Below, piece after piece: positions 1-7,516 of a stretch of 24,000 nucleotides of DNA (position 1 is the stretch's first letter; the number at the start of each line of letters is the position of its first letter). The stretch spans positions 1 through 24,000 of the forward strand of contig CAZEPV010000009.1 in NCBI GenBank assembly GCA_964514235.1, read 5' to 3'. The notes beneath the pieces are model-generated. The model made no database searches. It saw only the letters and a program-made list of their open reading frames with translations, and was not told where the DNA came from. A program made the translations under genes and the position numbers. This stretch comes from an uncultured Syntrophomonadaceae bacterium (GTDB lineage: Bacteria > Bacillota > Syntrophomonadia > Syntrophomonadales > Syntrophomonadaceae).

Positions 1-71
1 TGGCTAGTGATGAAGCTTCTTATATAACTGGACAAGTAATTCACTGTGATGGTGGCATATTTAGACCCTAG
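1..71 (+). CDS. SDR-family oxidoreductase (FabG-like), C-terminal fragment; gene begins upstream of window
   Basis: Frame starting at nt 3 reads ASDEASYITGQVIHCDGGIFRP, then TAG at 69-71. The ASYITGQ...DGG tail is the canonical short-chain dehydrogenase C-terminus. A terminator hairpin follows. Confidence 0.7.
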   Translation, partial: ASDEASYITGQVIHCDGGIFRP

Positions 72-90
72 ATTTATGAAAACTTATTAA

Positions 91-121
91 GAGGGGGATA
101 GACCTATTCCCCCTCTTTTTA
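91..121 (+). terminator. Rho-independent terminator of the SDR gene
   Basis: GAGGGGGA (91-98) pairs with TCCCCCTC (108-115) across a 9-nt loop, followed by TTTTT (116-120). Confidence 0.85.
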
Positions 122-298
122 TGCCCAAGATTAGGTAAACTAAACTTTACTGAAAGGCCTACTTAGCATACCTTTTCAAATATAAATGGATAAATGGACC
201 TACATCATTTCTTCTTAATTATGCTATACTCAGTTTAGTCATGTAGCTTATCTAATGTGCCTGGCTATAGAAGTAGCCCTAGAAGGAAGTGTTGATTA

Positions 299-1264
299 AT
301 GGATTTCCACCAGCTAAGAATTTTTATCGAAGTTGCTCGCCAAAAAAACTTTTCCAAGGCCGCTGATACTATTTACCTTACCCAGCCTACAGTCAGTAGC
401 CACATTAAGGCTCTGGAGGAAGAAATCGGGGTTTTATTATTTGATCGCACACAACGCGAGTTGCAACTAACTGTTGCAGGAAAAACCCTTTTTCAATATG
501 CCCAGCAACTAATAAGTATAAAAGAGGAGGCTTTTTTCGCTGTACAAGAGGAATACCAGACTATTAAGGGCCATCTAGAGTTAGCTGCCAGTAGTGTCCC
601 AGGTACCTATATCTTACCCCGCCTAATGAAGGATTTTTCAACCAAATATCCTGGAGTAACCTTTGCAGTTACACTTCGTGATTCCAAACAGATTCACGAA
701 AACATCAGAGATTATACCTATAACTTAGGGTTTGTAGGGGAAGCAGTAAAATCCAGTGACTTAGAAGAAATTAAACTACTGCAAGATGACTTAGTATTAG
801 TAACTGCCCCAGGAATAATCTTGCCAGGGGAGAAAGCTAGCACAAAAGAAATGCATACCCCCCAACTATACGAAATCGACCTGCACTCTGGCACGAATTC
901 AGAAAGTTTTTTAAAGCTCCCCTTTATTCTAAGGGAAACAGGTTCAGCCACCCGCCAGGTTTTTGAAAATGCTTTACAGAAATTCTACGGTGATAAGGAG
1001 GCAAATATTAACGTCTTAGCTTATTTGGAGAGTCAGGAAGCTATTAAGGAAGCGGTCAAAAATGGCCTGGGGGTAACTGTAATTTCCCTGTATGCAATTC
1101 GTAGTGAAGTTGAAGCTGCTACCTTGAAAGCCTATAGAATACCTGCTTTGCAAATCAAACGCGACTTCTACTTAATTTACCATAAAAACCGAGTATTTTC
1201 ACCTTTATATAAGGCCTTTCTAAAATATTCTTTGGCATATTTCCAGAAAACATTAGATTTTTAG
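299..1264 (+). CDS. LysR-family transcriptional regulator (LTTR)
   Basis: N-terminus MDFHQLRIFIEVARQKNFSKAADTIYLTQPTVSSHIKALEEEIGVLLFDR is a textbook LTTR winged-HTH. The ~320 aa length and C-terminal periplasmic-binding-like domain fit. Its stop overlaps the selD stop by 4 nt (convergent). Confidence 0.9.
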   Translation: MDFHQLRIFIEVARQKNFSKAADTIYLTQPTVSSHIKALEEEIGVLLFDRTQRELQLTVAGKTLFQYAQQLISIKEEAFFAVQEEYQTIKGHLELAASSVPGTYILPRLMKDFSTKYPGVTFAVTLRDSKQIHENIRDYTYNLGFVGEAVKSSDLEEIKLLQDDLVLVTAPGIILPGEKASTKEMHTPQLYEIDLHSGTNSESFLKLPFILRETGSATRQVFENALQKFYGDKEANINVLAYLESQEAIKEAVKNGLGVTVISLYAIRSEVEAATLKAYRIPALQIKRDFYLIYHKNRVFSPLYKAFLKYSLAYFQKTLDF

Positions 1265-2304
1265 TAGCAATATATTGCCCGACTTGATTTTTTAACAACT
1301 TGCCCAATAATACTGGCTGAAAGAGTATTTCTTTCTTTAAGTTCTTGGAGCAAATAAGGAGCTTTTTCCTCGGGAACGGATATCAACAAACCCCCAGAAG
1401 TTTGGGGATCTGATATAATATCTTTAAGAATAGGCTCTACAGATGGAGCAATCTTAATATACTGCGACAAAAATTCTTGGTTCACATAACAGCCACCCGG
1501 CACTAGTCCCATGGAAGCAAAGGTTTCAGCTTCAGGAATAATCGGAACCTTGGATGTATCAATTCTGATTTCTACATTACTAGCTTGTGCCATTTCGAGA
1601 CAGTGCCCCAAAAGACCAAAACCAGTAATATCAGTACAGGCATTTACACCCACTTTCATCATGGCTTCTGCCCCATTCTTATTAAGAGTAACCATCAAGT
1701 TAGTCAATTGCCTACTAGTCTTTTCATCCAACATATCTGCCTTTAAAGCTGTAGCTAGTATGCCAGTCCCCAATGGTTTAGTGAGTATAAGAAGATCACC
1801 AGGCTGAGCCCCGGCATTGGATAAGAATCTTTCGGGGTGGACAATGCCCGTAACCGATAAACCGTACTTTAATTCGGGATCCTCGATACTATGACCGCCA
1901 ACTATAGTTGCATCAGCCTCATTGACTAGCTCATGCCCCCCTTTAAGTATCAAATGCAAAATTGATTTGTCCATTTCATTAATGGGAAAACAGACAATAT
2001 TCATAGCAGTTAAAGGAATACCACCCATGGCATAAACATCGCTAAGGGCATTGGCAGCGGCAATCCGACCAAAATCATAAGGGTTGTTTACGATAGGGGT
2101 GAAAAAATCCAGAGTCTGCACCAGGGCTATTTCATCAGTTATTTTATATATGCCTGCATCATCTGAAGCATCAATCCCTACCAAAAGATTAGCATCCTTT
2201 TTTAATATTATATCTTCTAGAATGTCTTTTAAGTCCCCTGGACCTATTTTGGCTGCTCAGCCAGCAGCCCGTGCATTTTCGGTTAATTTATAATTATGAG
2301 GCAT
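1261..2304 (-). CDS. selD: Selenide, water dikinase (selenophosphate synthetase) SelD, selenocysteine-containing (UGA at 2259-2257 read as Sec)
   Basis: The ORF-track part (1261-2184) has AIR-synthase-like SelD motifs (VGIDASDDAGIY, DFFTPIVNNPYDFGRIAAANALSDVYAMGG). The same frame extends upstream through a single TGA to ATG at 2304, with GGAGGT 9 nt upstream. This gives MPHNYKLTENARAAG-U-AAKIGPGDL, matching the E. coli GAGCGCK loop with Sec in place of Cys17 and the Lys 3 residues later. Total 347 aa. Confidence 0.9.
2231..2259 (-). promoter_or_regulatory. In-frame UGA (Sec) codon of selD plus candidate bacterial SECIS hairpin
   Basis: Minus-strand UGA lies at 2259-2257. Eleven nt downstream, AGGUCC-AGG-GGACUU (2245-2231) can form a 6-bp stem (one G.U pair) with a G-rich apical loop. 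The UGA also sits in the loop of GCUGC-UGGCUGA-GCAGC. Structure assessed by eye only. Confidence 0.5.
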
Positions 2305-2324
2305 GATTTTTTTACCTCCAATTA

Positions 2325-3182
2325 TCAGTTTTCAAAAACCTGTTTTAGTGCATAAGGAATCTGTTTAATAATATCATATACTTGGGTAGCAGGAGTAGGC
2401 TCAGCCAAGAACCCAGCGATACGGTTTACCTTGGCTGCCTTTGTAGCAGAAGTTACGGTATCAATACCTGCAGCTACAAGTGCTGAAACAATGCCAGTTA
2501 GGGTATCTCCAGTGCCACCTATGGCTTCTAAGACTTCTTCATTAGGTGTGTCAATCTGGGCAAGTATTCCGTCTTGGTTGACCACATAATCAATTACCCC
2601 TTTAACCAGCATGTATTTAGAAGCATTATTATGCTGGTAGGCCTTTCGAATAAGATCAGGCACTCGATTATCTTCATGCAAAATAAAGCCCCGCGTGTAA
2701 AAAGGATGGGGTGCTTTTTCATCAGCTAAATAGGCAAGCTCACCCACATCTGGGGTAAACAAATCAAAAGATGGGGCATCACCACCCATTTTAGCCACAT
2801 ACATAAAGCCCGCATCAGCAATTAAGGTCGGTACTTGGGGCATGGTATTTACAGCGGCCAACAATTCTTTAAACAAAAGCACATCTGGTTGGAAATAGTG
2901 TAATGCCAAAGTTTTGAGGGGTATAGTACGGATCTTGCTTGTTAAGTACTTATAAAGTTTTTCGCACCCCCTGCCATCACCGATGTCCCCAACTAAATAG
3001 GCTGTGGGCTTAGCTTTCCCCATATAATTTAGGGTTGCAACTGCGGCTGCAATCATAGCTGGAGTACCCCGATTTACTGGAATAAGTTTTTCCCCTAAAA
3101 GTAAGTTTTCCCCTTTTAAAGAAACTTCATCATAAACAAGCGGGAAATCCTTTTGGGGAATTGTCCCCACTATGCCGAGCAT
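2325..3182 (-). CDS. Divergent ribokinase-fold protein related to the YjeF-C/NnrD carbohydrate-kinase family; substrate unknown
   Basis: C-terminal GGTGDTLTGIVSALVAAG anion-hole motif, LIADAG...TPDVGELAYL and MLVKG blocks, and the ~285 aa length all resemble the PF01256-type family. The start ATG overlaps the upstream gene by 13 nt. The stop lies 20 nt before the selD start. Confidence 0.7.
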   Translation of the reverse strand: MLGIVGTIPQKDFPLVYDEVSLKGENLLLGEKLIPVNRGTPAMIAAAVATLNYMGKAKPTAYLVGDIGDGRGCEKLYKYLTSKIRTIPLKTLALHYFQPDVLLFKELLAAVNTMPQVPTLIADAGFMYVAKMGGDAPSFDLFTPDVGELAYLADEKAPHPFYTRGFILHEDNRVPDLIRKAYQHNNASKYMLVKGVIDYVVNQDGILAQIDTPNEEVLEAIGGTGDTLTGIVSALVAAGIDTVTSATKAAKVNRIAGFLAEPTPATQVYDIIKQIPYALKQVFEN

Positions 3183-3712
3183 AGCTTCACCACCCGATCA
3201 TAAGCAATTTGCAAAGCATAAGCACAAAGAGTGTGCCCTATATCTAAAGGCTGAGGGCTAACGTCTAAATGTTTATTTACCATTTCCTCAGCTAAATAAG
3301 GAACATCTGGACAACCCCCACCAGAAACATTAACAATTAGCTGGCTGTCTCTATCAATAACAATTTTCATATTTGCTGCCCGAACCATAAGGTATTTTCC
3401 GTATTCCTTTTCATGTAAAAGGTCAACTGGCTCCAACAAAGGACTGTTGACTGGTACAACTTGGGCCGGTTTTATCTTAACTTCGGATAGCTTTCTAATT
3501 ATGAATAATTCCTCTATAAGTGGAAATTCTATCACCAAATCACAACCACTTCGTATTTCTGGAGGTGGGCCTTTTACCTCTATCTTTAGACCTGCAAGTT
3601 CCAAGGTCTTTTTTGCCCTAATAACCTCGGTAGTGTTCTCAAAAACCAATATGCCCCGTTCTATATTTTGTATATTGGGCTTGGCCCGCTTTTTCCGCAA
3701 AAGATTCCTCAT
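3170..3712 (-). CDS. DUF3343-like (putative Se/S carrier) N-terminal domain fused to an uncharacterised Cys-containing C-terminal domain
   Basis: Residues ~20-75 (ILVFENTTEVIRAKKTLELAGLKIEVKGPPPEIRSGCDLVIEF) fit the DUF3343 pattern with its conserved Cys (C57). The C-terminal ~95 aa carry GGGCPDVPY (C134), GHTLCAYAL (C163) and KLCSA (C178). RBS AAAGGGA lies 6 nt upstream of the ATG. Confidence 0.7.
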   Translation of the reverse strand: MRNLLRKKRAKPNIQNIERGILVFENTTEVIRAKKTLELAGLKIEVKGPPPEIRSGCDLVIEFPLIEELFIIRKLSEVKIKPAQVVPVNSPLLEPVDLLHEKEYGKYLMVRAANMKIVIDRDSQLIVNVSGGGCPDVPYLAEEMVNKHLDVSPQPLDIGHTLCAYALQIAYDRVVKLCSA

Positions 3713-3715
3713 ATT

Positions 3716-3934
3716 TTATCCCTTTCTTATGGTAATCCTATAATCGCTATCCTCCGACAGTATTTCTACAAGTTCCCAACCTTTGGATTTGGAAGCACGG
3801 CTTACATTCTCTTTGGCTGTATCGGTGTCTACCATAATTACAATATCACCTTTTTTAAGCTTTTTTATTTTGTTTAAGGTCATAATTACTGGTTGAGGAC
3901 ATGAAAATCCTCTAGCATCAACAATATTATCCAT
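3716..3934 (-). CDS. yedF: TusA/SirA/YedF-family sulfur/selenium carrier protein
   Basis: 72 aa with the N-terminal DARGFSCPQPV motif (CPxP active-site Cys) typical of the TusA/YedF family. It starts 2 nt after the yedE stop, with GGGGGAG as RBS. Confidence 0.85.
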   Translation of the reverse strand: MDNIVDARGFSCPQPVIMTLNKIKKLKKGDIVIMVDTDTAKENVSRASKSKGWELVEILSEDSDYRITIRKG

Positions 3935-3936
3935 TA

Positions 3937-5031
3937 TTAAACTCCCCCTAAAATTCCTTCACGCATGGAAAAACCGATAAGCAAACATACTACAAATCCA
4001 ATCACTAGTGCAATTATTCCCGCTGATGTAACCCCAGCAGCAGAGCTAGCTAGACCGAAATTATGGGCAAAAGCAGCACCTATCACCATACCTAACACAA
4101 ATACGGCTGCATCACCATCGCCTTCCCCGGATAAAAATAGTTGGCGTCCAGGACAACCACCAGCTAAGGTAAAGGCAAGTCCTGAAAGAGCCATACCCGC
4201 GAAATTCCAAAAGTGCATAGTATGGGCTACAGATTGTCCTACAAAGCCTGGATTAAATTGATTAATTAACAAATTGGTAAGAAAAGCAGCTATAAGCAAA
4301 CCGACAATACCAGTAAATAAATGCGCCTGTCTAAATAGGATTAAGTCCCTTATAGCACCCATAGTACAAAAGCGACTCCTTTGAGCTAAAAATCCTATTA
4401 AAAGTCCAATTCCTATGGAAATCATAAGTGGTGCATGCATAGAACCTGGACCCTCTACACTATAGAAAAGCACGCCACTTTGGGCTTGACCTGCAATAAA
4501 TGGATTGAAAATGATTAAAAGCAAAAGGCCAAGCATAATTATAGGAAAGATTAAGCCCGCAGCTTTGTAGGACTTATGGCTGGGCCCCAAATTATAACCA
4601 TTACTAAGGAATCTTGTGCCAATCCAAACACCCACAACCAGTCCTAGTATCCCTAATATAGCATTCCAGTCGCCACCTGCTAAACGAAGCACGGCTCTCC
4701 AGGGACAACCCAAAAATATAAGGGCCCCAATCATAGCAAAAGCACCTAAAACAAATCTGACTATTGGTGCAGAGCCTAAGCGTGGTTTAAATTCCTTGAA
4801 AGCAAATGCTGCTACAAAGGAACCTAAGACAAAACCAATGATTTCTGGCCTTAAATACTGTACAACTGGAGCCCTATGTAAACCCAATGCCCCAGTTATA
4901 TCACGCACAAAACAAGCTACACAAATACCCATATTGGCTGGATTACCCCAAAACTGTAGCAATGATGCTAAAATGCCGATTAGAGCCCCAACCCCTATAA
5001 TGCCCCATCTAGTTGCCAATACATTCCTCAT
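3937..5031 (-). CDS. yedE: YedE-family selenium-metabolism membrane protein (YeeE/YedE sulfur-transport fold)
   Basis: Polytopic membrane protein with paired Cys motifs (GNPANMGICVACFVRD, RSRFCTMGAIRD, GGCPGRQL) characteristic of YedE/YeeE. The ORF track begins at GTG 5046. ATG 5031 is preferred because AGGTGGGG lies 9 nt upstream of it. Confidence 0.85.
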   Translation of the reverse strand: MRNVLATRWGIIGVGALIGILASLLQFWGNPANMGICVACFVRDITGALGLHRAPVVQYLRPEIIGFVLGSFVAAFAFKEFKPRLGSAPIVRFVLGAFAMIGALIFLGCPWRAVLRLAGGDWNAILGILGLVVGVWIGTRFLSNGYNLGPSHKSYKAAGLIFPIIMLGLLLLIIFNPFIAGQAQSGVLFYSVEGPGSMHAPLMISIGIGLLIGFLAQRSRFCTMGAIRDLILFRQAHLFTGIVGLLIAAFLTNLLINQFNPGFVGQSVAHTMHFWNFAGMALSGLAFTLAGGCPGRQLFLSGEGDGDAAVFVLGMVIGAAFAHNFGLASSAAGVTSAGIIALVIGFVVCLLIGFSMREGILGGV

Positions 5032-5203
5032 AAATATAATCCCCACCTATAAAAATTTTGTATACTATGAATTAAATAACAGTATAATCCAACATCTTGT
5101 ATAGGGGAAATAGATTTTTTCTGGATAAAAATTTATTTTAATTGGTTTTTCCTATAGTTAAAAAATTATTCATGCTAGCCTTGAATGCTTAAGTAGATTT
5201 ATC

Positions 5204-5250
5204 CGAATAAAAGACCCCCGAAATTAGACTTTCTTTCTAACTTCAGGGGT
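5204..5250 (-). terminator. Rho-independent terminator of the 5322-6284 gene
   Basis: The minus strand reads ACCCCUGAAGUUAGA-aagaaag-UCUAAUUUCGGGGGU, a ~14-bp stem with G.U pairs, followed by CUUUUAUU. Confidence 0.75.
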
Positions 5251-5321
5251 AGACGAGCTGGATTTATTCCAAAGCAACATTTTAATTATTTTTGCATTTT
5301 AATAGTTCCATTTATTTGACT

Positions 5322-6284
5322 TTACACATCCTCAATTTTTTTAGTAAGCAGAATTTCCTTTCTCTTTCTTACCATTTCATCATATTTAAAATAATATCTT
5401 TTTTTATTATAATATCTGTTAAAGGTAGTAACATATTGTTTTGAATCAAAATATCTTTTTAACCGATTAGAAACTGAATGGATCTGCTCCCCAGGATCAT
5501 ATACTGCAGGGGTACCTTTATGATAATCTATAATGGTTCCCGTAATTACCCCCCAGGAAATATCAGCTAGTGAATATCTCCTAAGATCCCGCACGGCTGC
5601 CCTAAGTATGGCCTCCTGAATTGGGTCAAAAAATTGAAATTCTTTAGAATACATTATAGCACCATGCATATGATTGGGAATATCTAAAAAACCGTCTTTA
5701 AAGACTTGTCGCGATATGTCCCGCAGGAGTTGAAAACAATATTTAAGTATGCCTAGACCCGGGGTAGTTTGACCTGGCAATTGTGGTCTACTACCATCAA
5801 AAACCGCCCGTGGGTTTTTGGCTGACAACCATTCAATAAGAATCATATTGTAGGGTTCAATCCTAGTTCCTTCCTCAAAAAAGCGCTCATGGGGAATAAA
5901 GGTATGTTCACTAACCCTGAGGTCAATAAGCTGGTTTTCTATAGTTTTATCCTTCCAGTAGAGTTTAAAATAGTTTATGTAGTTTGCGTCTCGGTCAATA
6001 TCAATATCAATATCGGAAAAACCCATAGATTCAAGATGCTTTAATAGTCCAATAGATTCAATAACACTAAATATCTCTTCCTTTGAAAACCTCCCCATGA
6101 ATTTCGTTTGGGCAGAACTCTGAAAATTATCAAATGCACTACTTAAATCAATTTGACTAAAATCAAATTCGAAGGAATCAGAAAGACTAAATGTATCTGT
6201 AATGCTGGGATTAACCCTTCTAAAGCTTTTTAATCTATTTGCCTTGCTTCTTCTTGGTGCCAATGGAATACTCCTTTCAGTCAT
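5322..6284 (-). CDS. Hypothetical protein, no family recognised (320 aa from ATG 6284)
   Basis: Long ORF with its own terminator. ATG 6284 has GGAAGG 11 nt upstream, whereas the track start at 6314 has no RBS. The N-terminus is an acidic, Ser-rich low-complexity region, and the C-terminal ~200 aa look globular (RPQLPGQTTPGLG, IPNHMHGAIMY). Confidence 0.7.
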   Translation of the reverse strand: MTERSIPLAPRRSKANRLKSFRRVNPSITDTFSLSDSFEFDFSQIDLSSAFDNFQSSAQTKFMGRFSKEEIFSVIESIGLLKHLESMGFSDIDIDIDRDANYINYFKLYWKDKTIENQLIDLRVSEHTFIPHERFFEEGTRIEPYNMILIEWLSAKNPRAVFDGSRPQLPGQTTPGLGILKYCFQLLRDISRQVFKDGFLDIPNHMHGAIMYSKEFQFFDPIQEAILRAAVRDLRRYSLADISWGVITGTIIDYHKGTPAVYDPGEQIHSVSNRLKRYFDSKQYVTTFNRYYNKKRYYFKYDEMVRKRKEILLTKKIEDV

Positions 6285-6435
6285 AAATAAAATGACCTTC
6301 CAACCCCAAATCATAAAAACATAAACCTATTAATAGTCTATCCTACTTGCCAAAGTATTGTTAGTAAAAAAGTATCTTTATAAAGCATGAATATAAAATC
6401 CTAGATTTCTCCACATAATCCACACTATCCCCTTC

Positions 6436-6464
6436 TTGACTAGATTCCAAAAACCAAGTATAAT
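6436..6464 (+). promoter_or_regulatory. SigA-type promoter upstream of smpB
   Basis: TTGACT (6436-6441), a 17-nt spacer, then TATAAT (6459-6464), about 100 nt upstream of the smpB ATG. Confidence 0.7.
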
Positions 6465-6565
6465 AAGTAACGAAGCGAACGCTATAATAACCCTGGCCTG
6501 CTAATAATAATATTAGTCATAAAAGGCGAGGGATTTATTTTCTTTTATTATAATGAGGTGCAATT

Positions 6566-7033
6566 ATGGCTAAAAAGGGTATTAAGCCTGTAGTAAGTAA
6601 TCGCCGAGCTAGATATAATTACCATATAAAAGATGTCTACGAAGCTGGTATAGTCTTAAAAGGAACTGAGGTAAAATCACTGCGCATGGGCAAGGGTAAT
6701 CTACAGGATGCTTTTGCTGTTGTGAGAGATGGTGAAGTATGGTTGAATAATTTTCATATTAGTCCATATGATAAGGGTAACCGTTTTAATCATGATCCGG
6801 TAAGACCTCGAAAGCTCTTGTTACACCGCAGGGAAATTAACCGATTGCTGGGTTTGCAACAGGAAAAAGGCTATACTTTGATACCTTTACAAATATATTT
6901 TAAAAATAGTTTAGCCAAAGTTGAATTGGCCGTAGCAGTAGGTAAAAAACTTTATGATAAAAGGGAAGATATAGCTAAACGCGATGCTAAAAGGGATATG
7001 GAAAGGGCTTTTAAAGAAAAAACTTTAACTTAA
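6566..7033 (+). CDS. smpB: SsrA-binding protein SmpB
   Basis: 155 aa with NRRARYNY...[15 protein letters not shown]...LLLHRREI motifs typical of SmpB. RBS is GAGGTG. The gene lies immediately upstream of tmRNA. Confidence 0.95.
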   Translation: MAKKGIKPVVSNRRARYNYHIKDVYEAGIVLKGTEVKSLRMGKGNLQDAFAVVRDGEVWLNNFHISPYDKGNRFNHDPVRPRKLLLHRREINRLLGLQQEKGYTLIPLQIYFKNSLAKVELAVAVGKKLYDKREDIAKRDAKRDMERAFKEKTLT

Positions 7034-7084
7034 TAGCAACTATCTCAAAACCTGATTAAATCTAGTATGCAGTTATAAATATAT

Positions 7085-7437
7085 GGGGGCGTACTGGTTT
7101 CGACGGGGGAAAAGATGGGTTGAGTAGCGAGCCGAGTTGTCGCCAGCTCGTTAAAAAGGTGAAAACATTAAATTAACTGCAGAAGATAATTTTGCACTAG
7201 CAGCGTAAAGCTGCTCGTCCGGCTAAGTAACCTCGTGGCTTAGTGCAGGGCGTCACATAGCGAGGGTACCCTAAGGTCTTCTTTCTCGAGGGGCTTTAAG
7301 GGGAAATTTATCGAGGATAGCCTTAAACAGCCAGTTCATGGGCGGTGGTTAGGCGAAATTCAAAACATGGACTGCGCTCGGAGAGACTCTGCTGGTCTTT
7401 CTTTCGGACGGGAGTTCGACTCTCCCCGCCTCCACCA
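7085..7437 (+). ncRNA. ssrA: tmRNA (ssrA), tag peptide ...AEDNFALAA
   Basis: The 5' end is GGGGGCGUACUGGUUUCGACGGGG. The 3' end is GGACGGGAGUUCGACUCUCCCCGCCUCCACCA (T-arm, acceptor and CCA). The internal tag frame GCA GAA GAT AAT TTT GCA CTA GCA GCG TAA sits at 7179-7208. The gene is adjacent to smpB. Confidence 0.95.
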
Positions 7438-7516
7438 TTATTATGCAAAAATTGTAAAATTAATAAAATTGTGATTATCAATAGGTTTATGAAATGTTTA
7501 TCTTATTATTAATAAA

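Noticed and set aside
2084-2293. Plus-strand 69-aa ORF covering the gap between the truncated selD call and the next gene
   Set aside because: It is antisense to the Sec-containing N-terminus of selD. The minus-strand reading gives a conserved SelD loop with RBS and ATG, so the plus-strand ORF is a shadow frame.
5061-5086. Dyad TATACT-N14-AGTATA about 30 bp upstream of yedE, considered as a LysR box or operator for the Se operon
   Set aside because: The arms are only 6 bp in very AT-rich DNA, and the geometry does not match the classical T-N11-A LTTR motif. This is not distinguishable from chance without binding data.
4616-5104. Long antisense ORFs: 4616-5104 (162 aa), 16530-17015 (161 aa), 19571-20038 (155 aa), 21196-21537 (113 aa), plus the shorter ones at 718, 1511, 3447, 3668, 3965, 7979, 10002, 12062, 13458, 14837, 15596, 16424, 16703, 17879, 18755, 21521, 22228, 22571 and 22980
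   Set aside because: Each lies opposite or inside a gene with unmistakable family motifs. They have low-complexity, Pro/Ser/Thr/Ile-rich composition, no convincing RBS and no recognisable domains, so they are shadow ORFs.
5101-5155. Imperfect inverted repeat ATAGGGGAAA...TTTTTCCTAT in the yedE leader, considered as a selenium-responsive riboswitch-like structure
   Set aside because: The pairing is weak (about 5 solid bp plus an A/U run), and there is no further structure or conservation evidence, so it is too speculative.
5995-6012. (TCAATA)x3 hexanucleotide tandem repeat, considered as a phase-variation tract
   Set aside because: There are only three units, they are in-frame (encoding DIDIDID), and the tract is too short for efficient slippage. 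It would change length, not reading frame.
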